A DNA stretch of 64,000 nucleotides, from contig JAJPIG010000028.1 of the NCBI GenBank assembly GCA_021324855.1, forward strand, positions 1,579 to 65,578, given 5' to 3'. The position numbers and the translations under genes are program-made. Positions 1 through 9,699 of this stretch are shown here, in pieces (positions within the stretch are counted from its first letter, which is position 1; the number at the start of each line of letters is the position of its first letter). This DNA comes from Pseudomonadota bacterium (GTDB lineage Bacteria > Desulfobacterota > Binatia > Binatales > Binataceae). The notes under the pieces are model-generated. The model saw only the letters and a program-made list of their open reading frames with translations. It was not told the DNA's origin and made no database searches.

Positions 1-1216
1 AACGATCGAACAACTCGATCGGCGCGCGATAGCGGTTGTAAACGATTGGCCGGCGATAATGTTGCGAATCTTCGCTGAAATAGTTCGCCCGGTCCTGACG
101 CAGATTCCATGCGAACTCGTCCGCGCCGAGATTCTCCTCGCACCACAGCGCCTCGAAGTAGGTCGCGAAGCCCTCGTTGAGCCAGGCATGCGACCAATCG
201 CGGCAGGTCACGAGGTCGCCCCACCATTGATGCGCCAATTCGTGGGCGACCAGCGGATCGCTGGAAAAATCGAGATGCGCGCGCTCATCGTGGAGCGTGT
301 CGGCAGTTTGGGTGGTGGCTGAAGTGTTCTCCATCCCCCCGAAAATGAAATCAGTAACGGCGACCTGCGAATATTTCGCATACGGATACGGCACGCCGAT
401 GATGCGTTCATAAAACTGGATCATGCGCGGCGTGTTTCCGAACGCGCGCCGCGCATCGTCCTCGCGTCCCGGATGAACGTAGTAGAGCACTGGGACGTCC
501 CCAGCCTGATCGCGGATCTCGACGAACTCGCCCGCCGCGAGCGTGATCAGATACGCTGAGTGCGGAACATCCTGCCGCCAATGAAAGGTGCGCGTGTCCG
601 GCAATGGTCCGGGAGTCGTCGCAACCAGCGCACCGTTCGAGATCGCCGTGAAACGCGACGGCGTCGTGACGATTACTTCGCTGGTCGCTTTATCGTTCGG
701 ATAGTCATAGCACGGAAACCAATAGCGGCTGTCTTCATCCTCGCCTTGCGTCCACGCCTCGATCGGCTTGTCGGGATAGGCGGCATCGGGCCCGACGAAA
801 TAGAGTCCGCGCCGCGGCTGGACCGCCGCATAATCAATCGCGATCTCGAGCTCTGCGCCCGCTTTGATCAGAGTCTCGAACATCACAGAGAGCTTGCCGT
901 CGTCGACCGAGAATTCGACCGGGTGGCCGTTCGCGCGCACCGCATTAATTTCGAGCTCGGCCGCGTCAAATTCGAGCCGCAAAAGATTGTCGACGATCGC
1001 AGTCAGGCGATGGGTCGCCGTCCCGCTTATTGCGCGTCGGCCAAAATCGAGCGTCAGTTCGAGCTTGATATGCCGGATGTCGGCCTGCCGATCGCGCGGC
1101 CATTGCGGCTCAACGTGATCGGGTTGAAATGGACGCCGACCGGCGACATTACTGCCGAAGGCCTCGCGATCGCCGAGCTCGGCGGCAAGCTGATCGAGAA
1201 ATCGGGGTTTGTGCAT
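1..1216 (-). CDS. M1-family zinc aminopeptidase (5' part; runs off the left edge)
   Basis: Not in the ORF track. Manual minus-strand translation from ATG at 1216 stays open to the edge: MHKPRFLDQL...WTQGEDEDSRYWFPCYDYPNDKAT...FGGMEN...HELAHQWWGDLVTCRDWSHAWLNEGFATY (GxMEN plus HExxH-x18-E). Confidence 0.93.
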   Translation of the reverse strand, partial: MHKPRFLDQLAAELGDREAFGSNVAGRRPFQPDHVEPQWPRDRQADIRHIKLELTLDFGRRAISGTATHRLTAIVDNLLRLEFDAAELEINAVRANGHPVEFSVDDGKLSVMFETLIKAGAELEIAIDYAAVQPRRGLYFVGPDAAYPDKPIEAWTQGEDEDSRYWFPCYDYPNDKATSEVIVTTPSRFTAISNGALVATTPGPLPDTRTFHWRQDVPHSAYLITLAAGEFVEIRDQAGDVPVLYYVHPGREDDARRAFGNTPRMIQFYERIIGVPYPYAKYSQVAVTDFIFGGMENTSATTQTADTLHDERAHLDFSSDPLVAHELAHQWWGDLVTCRDWSHAWLNEGFATYFEALWCEENLGADEFAWNLRQDRANYFSEDSQHYRRPIVYNRYRAPIELFDR

Positions 1217-1458
1217 GAAGAGTCATCGTAAAGAGCCGACGGATGCACGCGCAACCGGCTCGCCCTTGATGAGCAGGCAATAGATACGCGAGGCCGTTAC
1301 GCTGACGAGCAGAAGAAGCGAGTCGGAAGTTCACTGGCTCCTCGCGCCTCGAACGGCCCTGACTTTGGATTATTGCAAAATTCATTGAATCGCCGTCACC
1401 CGAAATCGAACGCAAATCGCGGGGTGGCGTGGAACTGTCGCATTGATCAGGAATCGAT

Positions 1459-1536
1459 TGGTGGACGCACCTGGACTCGAACCAGGGACCTCTTGCATGT
1501 GAGGCAAGCGCTCTAACCGGGCTGAGCTATGCGTCC
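1459..1536 (-). tRNA. tRNA-Val (anticodon CAC)
   Basis: Reverse complement GGACGCATAGCTCAG...CTTGC-CTCACAT-GCAAG...GGTTCGAGTCC...TGCGTCCACCA; cloverleaf with encoded CCA. Confidence 0.96.
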
Positions 1537-1606
1537 ACCGGGTACCGCGATTATCGCGCCGGCCTGCATTTTCAGCAAGAGCGCCGAACATCGGGCGGCA
1601 GCGCGA

Positions 1607-2599
1607 TTACTTTGACGGCTGGTTTGCGCCGGTTTCGAGTTGATGGCCCAGCAGGTCGAGCAACTTTTCCGCCGGCGCGCGCGCGACCTCGACCTGTGAA
1701 AAACCGGCCGCCGCGGCATGTCCACCGCCGCCGAAGGCGCGCGCCAGCGCTGAGAGGTCGACCTCGCAATCGGCGCTCCGCCGCAGGCTCACGCCCTGGC
1801 TTCGCAGATCGAACAGCGCGATCACCGTCCGGACGCATCCGGCGTAGAGTTCCGCCGCTACCTCGCTGCTATAGCCGAAACAGCAGGCGGCGCGCAGCTT
1901 GAGTCCGATGCCCAGCTCCCGCTCGACCATCGTGGCCCGTGCGATCTCCCCGCTATAAGCCATCGCCGCGCGCCCGGCTTCGAGCGCGGCGCGCAGCTTG
2001 CGCGTCATCCGCGGCTCTTCAAGTCGCATGATTTCACGATACGACTCGATTCCGCCGAGCGTCTGGACGGCGAGCGCCCAGTCGCCCGATTCGGGCAACT
2101 TATGGACCCAGCGATCGTGATCGTCAGCGATCGCAGCAAACGGCGCGAAGCTTTCGAATTTTCGCCGTCGCGCTGAATCGAGCGAGCGCGCCCTGCCCTT
2201 CAGATAGTTAAAAGTCAGCCGTGCGGCTGAATATCGCTCCGAGAGCACCCGGCCCTTGAACGCCACCTTGAATTCCGGCGCTTTGGCACGCGAGACCGCC
2301 GTGCGATGATGATCTATCCAGTAGATCTGCATGCCGTCGCGCGCGAGCGCGTTCAAATGTTCGCCGGTCGCGGTTGAGGTCCACGACAAATCGGTGATCC
2401 AGAGTTCGTCGGGGCCGCCTTCGTTGCGGGGAAGGATCGCCGAGAGCGTGCGATCGCTGTCCTGATTGGCGGCCAACGCGGTCCGAATCTTTTCGCCGGA
2501 ATAAAAGCGGGCAACCGACGCCGCCGCCATCACGCCGTCGAGGCAGGAGGGGCCGTGGCTTACAATCTGAATCGTCCTGCGTCGCTCCGCGCCCATCAC
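1607..2599 (-). CDS. DHH/DHHA1-family phosphoesterase (NrnB/oligoribonuclease-like)
   Basis: Motifs CLDG, ITDLS, WIDHH and C-terminal GGGGHAAAAGF. Confidence 0.88.
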   Translation of the reverse strand: MMGAERRRTIQIVSHGPSCLDGVMAAASVARFYSGEKIRTALAANQDSDRTLSAILPRNEGGPDELWITDLSWTSTATGEHLNALARDGMQIYWIDHHRTAVSRAKAPEFKVAFKGRVLSERYSAARLTFNYLKGRARSLDSARRRKFESFAPFAAIADDHDRWVHKLPESGDWALAVQTLGGIESYREIMRLEEPRMTRKLRAALEAGRAAMAYSGEIARATMVERELGIGLKLRAACCFGYSSEVAAELYAGCVRTVIALFDLRSQGVSLRRSADCEVDLSALARAFGGGGHAAAAGFSQVEVARAPAEKLLDLLGHQLETGANQPSK

Positions 2600-2745
2600 G
2601 CTCGATTCTAGTTGATTCGGCTGTCAACGACGACTCGCAATCCGATCGGGGTCTGGATGAAGCCCATCGGCGACCGTGCTAGATTGCACATGATTCGAGC
2701 CTCCTCTGGGACCCGGCTGGAGTTCGCTGCAGAGTTGGAGACCCA

Positions 2746-4056
2746 TTGATTCCGCGCATCCTCGACCGCTCCGCGCACCCAATCTCCCGGCGCGACATCG
2801 ATCCCAATGTCCTCAAGGTATTGTATCGCCTGGCCGGCGCCGGCCATCTCGCCTACCTGGTCGGCGGCAGCGTGCGCGACCTGATGCTGGGGCGGCGTCC
2901 CAAGGACTTCGACATCGCAACTTCCGCGCATCCGCATCAGGTGCGCGCATTGTTCCGCAACTCGCGTCTTATCGGCCGGCGCTTTCGGCTCGTACATGTC
3001 TTCTTCGGACCGCAGAACATCGAGGTGGCGACCTTCAGGCGCCGCAGCGAAGACACCGTCGATGACGGCGAGTTGCTGATCCGCCACGACAACACCTTCG
3101 GCACTCCGGAGGAGGATGCATTTCGGCGCGACTTCACGGTGAACGCGCTCTTCTACGACATCCGGACATTCCAAGTGATCGATTACGTCGGCGGCGTCGC
3201 TGATTTGCGGGCGCGAATCGTGCGCACGATCGGCGATCCAGAGATCAGGCTGCGCGAGGATCCGGTGCGGATGATTCGCGCGCTCAGGCTGTGTGCGCGG
3301 TTCGATTTCGAGCTTGAGCCCGCGACCGAGGCGGCGATTCGCGCGTATCGCGACGAGTTGCGCAAGACCTCGATGGCGCGGCTGGTCGAGGAGACTTACC
3401 GGACGCTCGGCATGGCCGGCGGGGCGCGCGCGCTCGAATTGATGCGCGACTTCGGTCTTATCGATTTGCTTCTGCCGCATCTCGGTGAACATCTCCGCCT
3501 GGAGTTATCGGAAGCCGGCCGTTCGCGAACTGCGCTCAACGTCGCCGCGCTGGAGCGCGCAACCGGGGCGGGAGCCGCTGCCGACCGCGCTTTGTTGCTG
3601 TCGGCGCTCTATCTCGATTTCTATCTGGCCCATCCCGAGCTTCATTCCGGCGACGCGATGCGCCGGGTGATAGCCGAACTGCGGATGCGGGGCTTTGCCC
3701 GGAGCGACACGGAGCGGATGCGGCTGATCCTCGATGCGTTTCCTCATCTGCTCGCTCCAACGCGGCGGACGCTCAGGATCGCGCGGCGGCCGTACTTCGC
3801 CGAGGCGCGAACATTTTACGAACTGATGGCGCCCAACTACGGCGGCGCGCCGGTGGAGCTCGACCGCATCGCGAGTGGTGCGACGCATGCCACTGGCGGC
3901 GCCCGGCCCGGCGGCATACCTGGCCGACGGCGCAGGCGGCGTCCGCGCCGCCGTCGCCGCCGGCCATCGATGGCCGCGCAGGCCGGGCACGGCGCGGCGG
4001 CGTCGGGCTCTTTTGCCGCCGGCCCGGACGGGCCGGCGGCAAAAGAGCCCGACTGA
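2746..4056 (+). CDS. pcnB: Poly(A) polymerase I
   Basis: VGGSVRD...DFD nucleotidyltransferase core, PAP-specific LIGRRFRLVHV signature, RRDFTVNAL, EDPVRMIR, Arg-rich tail. Confidence 0.92.
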   Translation: MIPRILDRSAHPISRRDIDPNVLKVLYRLAGAGHLAYLVGGSVRDLMLGRRPKDFDIATSAHPHQVRALFRNSRLIGRRFRLVHVFFGPQNIEVATFRRRSEDTVDDGELLIRHDNTFGTPEEDAFRRDFTVNALFYDIRTFQVIDYVGGVADLRARIVRTIGDPEIRLREDPVRMIRALRLCARFDFELEPATEAAIRAYRDELRKTSMARLVEETYRTLGMAGGARALELMRDFGLIDLLLPHLGEHLRLELSEAGRSRTALNVAALERATGAGAAADRALLLSALYLDFYLAHPELHSGDAMRRVIAELRMRGFARSDTERMRLILDAFPHLLAPTRRTLRIARRPYFAEARTFYELMAPNYGGAPVELDRIASGATHATGGARPGGIPGRRRRRRPRRRRRRPSMAAQAGHGAAASGSFAAGPDGPAAKEPD

Positions 4057-4185
4057 ACAGGCCATGCCGCCGCTCAGGCAACCGAACCAGTTCCATGCCT
4101 TGTCCGGTCCGCGCCTATCGATTAGTTTTCGGTTGCAGCTTTTACGGCGCTTTCGACGCCAATCTCATCTGAGCGAGGACAGCCC

Positions 4186-5115
4186 TTGGCAGCAAGCAGC
4201 TTGCGCACTGACAAAATCTGGATGGACGGTGGAATGGTTCCTTACGACGAGGCCAACATCCACGTCCTGACCCACAGCCTCCACTATGGCCTCGCGGTTT
4301 TCGAAGGAATGCGCTGCTACAAATGCGCCGATGGACGCTCCGCGATTTTTCGCGGCCGCGAGCATATTCGACGTTTGTTCGAGTCCGCACTGATCCTCGA
4401 AATGAAGATCCCGTTTTCGCCCGAGGAGCTGCTCAAAGCCTCCGCGGAAATCGTGCGGATCAACAAGCTCGAAGAATGCTACATCCGGCCCATTGCCTTC
4501 TATGGCGAAGGCGAAATGGGCCTCTCGGCCCGCGGCAACAAGGTGCGCGTCGCCATCGCGGCCTGGCCATGGGGCGCCTATCTGGGCGACGATGCGGTCA
4601 AACAGGGTGTGCGGCTCAAGACCTCATCGTTTGTGCGCTTTCATCATAATTCCCTCATGCCGCACGCCAAAGCTTCGGGCCAATATATCAACTCGATTCT
4701 CGCCGGCTACGAAGCGCGCCGCAGCGGCTATGACGAGGCGCTGCTGCTTGACGTCGAGGGCTTCGTCGCGGAAGGCAGCGGCGAGAACGTCTTTATCGTG
4801 CGCGATGGCAAGGTGCGAACTCCGCCGGTCAGCTCGATTCTGCCGGGCATCACGCGCGACGCAGTCATCAAGCTGATGCGGCGCAGCGGGATCGAAGTCA
4901 CCGAGGAACTTTTCCCACGCGATGCGGTTTATATCGCGGATGAGGCGTTTATGACAGGCACCGCGGCTGAGGTCACGCCGGTGCGCGAAGTCGACGATCG
5001 TCCGATCGGCAACGGACGTCCCGGCCCGATCACGGTTAAGTTGCAGGAGATGTTCCGCGCCGCACTCCGCGGACAGGATGCCAACTGTCGCGAATGGCTC
5101 TACTACATCTCATAA
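4186..5115 (+). CDS. ilvE: Branched-chain amino acid aminotransferase
   Basis: HSLHYGLAVFEG, YIRP, AKASGQY (PLP Lys), EGSGEN, ILPGITR, GTAAEVTP; TTG start. Confidence 0.95.
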   Translation: MAASSLRTDKIWMDGGMVPYDEANIHVLTHSLHYGLAVFEGMRCYKCADGRSAIFRGREHIRRLFESALILEMKIPFSPEELLKASAEIVRINKLEECYIRPIAFYGEGEMGLSARGNKVRVAIAAWPWGAYLGDDAVKQGVRLKTSSFVRFHHNSLMPHAKASGQYINSILAGYEARRSGYDEALLLDVEGFVAEGSGENVFIVRDGKVRTPPVSSILPGITRDAVIKLMRRSGIEVTEELFPRDAVYIADEAFMTGTAAEVTPVREVDDRPIGNGRPGPITVKLQEMFRAALRGQDANCREWLYYIS

Positions 5116-5130
5116 GAGTAGGAGGCTGAG

Positions 5131-5745
5131 ATGAGACTCACTTTTACGATCATTGGAATAATGCTGATCGTTGCTGCAGGTCTGATCCCACTGCTCCTCG
5201 CTCCAGGCAAAGCCAACGCTGCGCTGCTGAAGCCGGGCGAAACGGCGCCGGATTTCTCGACGCAGATGGTGGTCGGAGATCAGGTTCAGCCCGTAAAGCT
5301 CTCGGATTTCCGCGGCAAGACGGTCATTCTCTATTTCTATCCCAAGGACGATACGCCCGGATGCACGAAGGAAGCGTGCGCCTTCCGCGATGGCTATGCG
5401 CGCTTTCAGCAGGCCGGATTGGTCGTGCTCGGATGCAGCGTCCAAGCGGCCGACTCGCACAAGGCGTTTATTAAAAAATACTCAATCCCCTTTCCACTGC
5501 TGCTCGATCCCGACAAGAAGATTGCAAAGGCGTATGGAGCCGCGAACGGCATTCCGGTGCTGGGACTCGATGGCCGTATCACTTACGTGATCGACGGGCA
5601 GGGCAAAATCGAGAAGGTCTACCCGAAGGTTGACCCTTCCCGACATGCCCAGCAAATCCTCGAGGCGCTGAATGTTCCCTCGCAGTCTTCGGCCGCTCAG
5701 GCGGCGAGCGTCGCCCCCGCAGGCCAGCCCAAGCCTGCCAACTGA
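5131..5745 (+). CDS. bcp: Peroxiredoxin, BCP/PrxQ type, with N-terminal signal peptide
   Basis: YFYPKDDTPGCTKEAC motif; hydrophobic N-terminus ending in ANA. Confidence 0.9.
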   Translation: MRLTFTIIGIMLIVAAGLIPLLLAPGKANAALLKPGETAPDFSTQMVVGDQVQPVKLSDFRGKTVILYFYPKDDTPGCTKEACAFRDGYARFQQAGLVVLGCSVQAADSHKAFIKKYSIPFPLLLDPDKKIAKAYGAANGIPVLGLDGRITYVIDGQGKIEKVYPKVDPSRHAQQILEALNVPSQSSAAQAASVAPAGQPKPAN

Positions 5746-5864
5746 TATTGCTGCGCAGTTCGCCCCGGCCCCGCAGGCGGGCGCAGGGGCGGATTTCTGT
5801 CCGCACGACGGAAGTGCTAGATCCGAATGCTGGGACGCATCGAGGCAGGCAGGCGGGCTCCCCG

Positions 5865-7193
5865 ATGAAGAAATTCATACGATGCGGCAAGCTGTTCGAC
5901 GGCGCTAATCCTGCGATCTACTCCGATCAAACCCTAGTGGTCGAGCCGGATGGAACCATCGGATTCGTTGGACCATCGCATGCGGCTCCGCGGCCCGAGA
6001 GCGGCGACGAGACGATTGATTACTTCCAATGGTTCGTGATGCCGGGGATGATCGACGCGCATGTCCATCTTTCCTACGGCAACACGCAAAGCGCGGAACA
6101 GATCGATCTCTACTCGCCGGTTGAATTTCGCGCGCTTCGCGGTCTCGAAGGCGCGCAGCGGATGCTCGCGGCGGGCTACACCGGTATAGCCGATCCCTCA
6201 ACCACGGGCCTCGTCTCGCTCGCGATTCGTGACGCAATCGACGCCGGCCTGTTCGTTGGACCACGCATCAGCACCGCAGGCCGCGCGATCCTGACCGCGC
6301 AAGGTGTCGACTATTTCTACCCGCGATGGGTCCGGATGCCCGAACATTCCGTCGGTTTCCTGATGCGGGATGTAAGCGAAGGGATAGCGGAAATTCGCCA
6401 GGAAATTAAGGACGGCGTCGATTTCATCAAGCTTGCTGTGGATGGCGACCAGTTGGTTGCTGGCACCGGCCTGATTTCCGGGATGACCCAGGAGGAAGTT
6501 ACCGCCCTCGTCAGCGAGATCCATCGCCTCGGCCGCAAGGTCGCCGTCCACGCGCGCGGCGCGGAAGGGATTCGTTATGCCGCTCGCGCCGGAGTCGATT
6601 TCATCCTGCACGCCTCCTGGATGGACGAGGAAGGCCTCGAATGGGCGCTTAAGAATAAGTGCGCTCTATGTCCCACGCTCAGCCTGATTATCAACACTAT
6701 CGAGTTCACGCGCCCCGCTGATCCCGCCTACGCATTCGTTCCCGCCCAACAGCGCGAGCTCGAAGCAGCGATAGAAAACTTGAGCCGCGCAAAAGCCGCC
6801 GGCGTCCCCTTCATGGTCGGCAGCGAGGCGGGATTCGCGGTGACTCCATATGGCGAATGGCCGGCGCGCGAGCTTGAATATTACGTTAAGTACCTCGGCT
6901 TCACGCCGGCTGAGGCGTTGATCAGCACGACCGCCGTCAATGCCCGTATCTTGCGCGACAGCGATCGGCTGGGCACGCTCGCGCCGGGTAAGCTCGCGGA
7001 CCTGATCGCGATCGATGGCAACCCGCTCGACGACATCACGATTCTTCAGGATCGCAGTCGCATCAAGGCGATTCGCATCGCCGGGGAACCGGTTTCAGTG
7101 GCGCTGAACGATCGTCCGCGGCGCACCTGGTACGAAACCGGCGCGCGCTTTTGGGAAGAGGTCTACACGCGCGATCGCGTTAATCGCCGCTGA
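5865..7193 (+). CDS. Metal-dependent amidohydrolase (prolidase/imidazolonepropionase-like)
   Basis: PGMIDAHVH, DFIK, AVHA, ILHA, LGTLAPGKLADL; start placed at MKKFIRCG. Confidence 0.88.
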   Translation: MKKFIRCGKLFDGANPAIYSDQTLVVEPDGTIGFVGPSHAAPRPESGDETIDYFQWFVMPGMIDAHVHLSYGNTQSAEQIDLYSPVEFRALRGLEGAQRMLAAGYTGIADPSTTGLVSLAIRDAIDAGLFVGPRISTAGRAILTAQGVDYFYPRWVRMPEHSVGFLMRDVSEGIAEIRQEIKDGVDFIKLAVDGDQLVAGTGLISGMTQEEVTALVSEIHRLGRKVAVHARGAEGIRYAARAGVDFILHASWMDEEGLEWALKNKCALCPTLSLIINTIEFTRPADPAYAFVPAQQRELEAAIENLSRAKAAGVPFMVGSEAGFAVTPYGEWPARELEYYVKYLGFTPAEALISTTAVNARILRDSDRLGTLAPGKLADLIAIDGNPLDDITILQDRSRIKAIRIAGEPVSVALNDRPRRTWYETGARFWEEVYTRDRVNRR

Positions 7194-7314
7194 GTTCGCT
7201 TGTCGTTCGCTCCATCTTCTGTCAAGAAAGATGCCCAACTATTAAACAATGCGGCTGAGGTCCCGATCCGGGGACTCTCCGCGTGCCTTATTTGCCGAAT
7301 GGAGAGAGGCATCG

Positions 7315-8649
7315 ATGCGTCTGCGGAAACTCGTTATCCGCCTTATCAACCTAAGTCTTGTGCCAGCGATCATCACGATCGCCGTCGAATCGGCGAATGC
7401 CGCTGATGATGCCTCCAAGATAAACGGCGCCGATACCTGCTGGGTGCTTGTTTCGGCCGCCCTCGTCCTTCTGATGACTACGCCCGGACTCGCGCTTTTC
7501 TACGGTGGGATGGTTCGGCGCAAGAATGTGCTCTCAATCCTGATGCATAGCTTCATCCTGGCTGCGATGGTCACTGTGCAATGGATCCTGTTCGGTTACA
7601 GCCTGGCCTTCTCACCCGGCTCGGCCATCGTCGGCGGACTCGGATGGCTCGGGCTGCACGGCGTGAGCGCAACGCTTCCCAATCCCGACTATGCCGCGAC
7701 GATCCCGCATCAGGCCTACATGGCGTTCCAGTGCATGTTCGCGGTCATCACGCCGGCGCTAATCACCGGTGCGTTCGCCGAGCGCATTTCGTTCGGCGGT
7801 TTCATCCTTTTCAGCCTGCTGTGGACGACGCTGATCTACGATCCGCTCGCGCATTGGGTTTGGTCGCCCGCCGGTTGGCTCCATCAGCTTGGCGCGCTCG
7901 ACTTCGCAGGAGGCACCGTCGTGCACATCTCTTCAGGAATTTCGGCGCTCGCGTCTGTCCTGGTGATCGGACGGCGCCGCGGATTCATGCGCGAGCCGAT
8001 GCCGCCGCATAATCTGCCTCTGACTCTGATGGGTGCAGGACTGCTGTGGGTCGGATGGTTCGGATTCAATGCCGGCAGCTCGCTCGCCGCGAACGGGCTT
8101 GCCGTGTCGGCCTTCGTCGCGACGCACGCGGGCGCGGCGGCCGCCGCGCTCGGCTGGATGCTCGCGGAATGGACGATGACCGGCAAGCCAACCGTACTCG
8201 GCGCAGCCAGCGGAATCGTCGCCGGCCTGGTTGCGATCACGCCCGCCTCGGGCTACGTGGCGCCGATCCCGGCTTTGATCATCGGGTTCGTCGCTGGCGG
8301 GCTCTGCTTCATGGCGGTGCGGATGAAGACGCGCTTCGGCTACGACGATGCGCTCGACGTGGTCGGTGTGCACGCCGTCGGCGGCATCTGGGGCGCGCTC
8401 GCGACGGGCCTGTTCGCCGAAGTTGCGGTGAATGCGAATGGCGCCAACGGATTGCTGTTCGGCAATCCGCGCCAGTTACTGATCCAGGCCGCGGCGGTCA
8501 GCGCGAGCATCGCGCTCGCGTTCGTCGGCAGTTTGATTTTGCTCAAGGTCGTCGATGCGCTCGTCGGGTTGCGCGCTTCCGATGAGGACGAAGTGATGGG
8601 CCTCGATCTCAGCGAACACAACGAATCCGCCTACGCGCTGGAGGCGTAA
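7315..8649 (+). CDS. amtB: Ammonium transporter
   Basis: PGLALFYGG, FQCMFA, DFAGGTVVH, GWFGFNAGS, DDALDVVGVH; RBS-like GGAGAGAGG before ATG 7315. Confidence 0.96.
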   Translation: MRLRKLVIRLINLSLVPAIITIAVESANAADDASKINGADTCWVLVSAALVLLMTTPGLALFYGGMVRRKNVLSILMHSFILAAMVTVQWILFGYSLAFSPGSAIVGGLGWLGLHGVSATLPNPDYAATIPHQAYMAFQCMFAVITPALITGAFAERISFGGFILFSLLWTTLIYDPLAHWVWSPAGWLHQLGALDFAGGTVVHISSGISALASVLVIGRRRGFMREPMPPHNLPLTLMGAGLLWVGWFGFNAGSSLAANGLAVSAFVATHAGAAAAALGWMLAEWTMTGKPTVLGAASGIVAGLVAITPASGYVAPIPALIIGFVAGGLCFMAVRMKTRFGYDDALDVVGVHAVGGIWGALATGLFAEVAVNANGANGLLFGNPRQLLIQAAAVSASIALAFVGSLILLKVVDALVGLRASDEDEVMGLDLSEHNESAYALEA

Positions 8650-8681
8650 GACGGCGTCAGCCTTCGCGTTCAGCCGGACTC

Positions 8682-9464
8682 ATGAAAATCGCCACTTATA
8701 ATGTTAACGGGATCACCAGCCGATTACCGGTACTGATGCGATGGCTCGCCGAAACGAAGCCCGACGTCGCCTGTCTTCAGGAGCTGAAAGCGCCGCAGGA
8801 GAAATTTCCGATCGAAGCGATCCGCGATGCCGGCTACGGCGCGATCTGGCACGGCCAGAAGAGCTGGAACGGCGTCGCCATCCTGGCGCTCGGTTCCGAT
8901 CCGGTCGAGCGTCGCCGCAGCTTGCCGGAAGATCCGGAAGACACGCACAGCCGCTACATCGAAGGGGTCGTCAACGGAGTCATCGTCGGATGTCTATATC
9001 TTCCCAACGGCAATCCCGCCCCCGGGCCGAAGTTTGACTACAAACTCCGATGGCTCGCGCGTTTGACGAAGCATGCCGAAGCGTTGCTGGCAGAGAACGC
9101 GCCCGTCGTTCTGGCCGGCGACTACAATGTCATCCCGACCGAACTTGATGTGTACAAGCCGGAAAGCTGGATCGATGATGCGTTGTTCCGGCCGGAGGTG
9201 CGTGAAGCCTTCGCCCGCTTGATCGCGTTGGGCTGGACCGATGCGGTTCGAAAGCTGCATCCCGGCGAACGCATCTACACTTTCTGGGATTATTTCCGAA
9301 ACCATTGGAACCGCGACGCCGGCTTGCGCATCGATCACTTGCTGCTCAGTCCGGCGCTGGCTCCGTCGCTGGTCAGCGCCGGCGTCGATCGCGAGGTGCG
9401 CGGTTGGGAGAAAACCAGCGATCACGCTCCGACCTGGGCAACCATCGAATTAGCTTTCACGTGA
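8682..9464 (+). CDS. xth: Exodeoxyribonuclease III
   Basis: MKIATYNVNG, LQELK, YLPNGN, GDYN, GLRIDH, SDHAP. Confidence 0.95.
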   Translation: MKIATYNVNGITSRLPVLMRWLAETKPDVACLQELKAPQEKFPIEAIRDAGYGAIWHGQKSWNGVAILALGSDPVERRRSLPEDPEDTHSRYIEGVVNGVIVGCLYLPNGNPAPGPKFDYKLRWLARLTKHAEALLAENAPVVLAGDYNVIPTELDVYKPESWIDDALFRPEVREAFARLIALGWTDAVRKLHPGERIYTFWDYFRNHWNRDAGLRIDHLLLSPALAPSLVSAGVDREVRGWEKTSDHAPTWATIELAFT

Positions 9465-9486
9465 CGCCCGAGGTTTGCGATTCCGT

Positions 9487-9515
9487 TTGACAGATTCGCA
9501 CGGGAGCATATAGGT
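9487..9515 (+). promoter_or_regulatory. Possible sigma70 promoter
   Basis: Perfect TTGACA at 9487-9492 and TATAGG(T) about 16 nt downstream; the -10 is imperfect. Confidence 0.45.
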
Positions 9516-9528
9516 AGCTTGAACTGCG

Positions 9529-9693
9529 CTCCTGTTTAGAGACCGGAAAGGCGCGTCTGTAGTGCGCTCGAAGGGGTGATCTGGTCGGTCCGCTCAACCG
9601 GGCTTTCTTCATCCGGACACATCAGATATCCGAGTCGCAAACATCTCCGACTGCGCGAACTTTTGAGCAATTTGTGATCGGTTCGAAAGGGAG
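9529..9693 (+). ncRNA. Candidate structured leader or small RNA (long irregular hairpin)
   Basis: Hand-found nested pairings 9551-57/9649-56, 9563-70/9631-39, 9579-85/9621-27, 9588-92/9614-18; closing stem 9529-45/9679-93 covers the downstream SD. No family recognised. Confidence 0.35.
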
Positions 9694-9699
9694 GGACTC

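Noticed and set aside
560-1231. 223-aa plus-strand ORF (and 59..322)
   Set aside because: Antisense shadow of the minus-strand M1 aminopeptidase, which has clear catalytic motifs.
3925-3965. Arg-rich low-complexity tail of PcnB
   Set aside because: Basic C-terminal tails are ordinary for bacterial poly(A) polymerases.
9529-9693. Assignment of the hairpin as SRP RNA, 6S RNA or c-di-GMP riboswitch
   Set aside because: Lacks the SRP GGAA-loop/CAGG-AGCA motif, the typical 6S bubble and zapA/ygfA context, and the GEMM consensus; kept only as an unclassified candidate.
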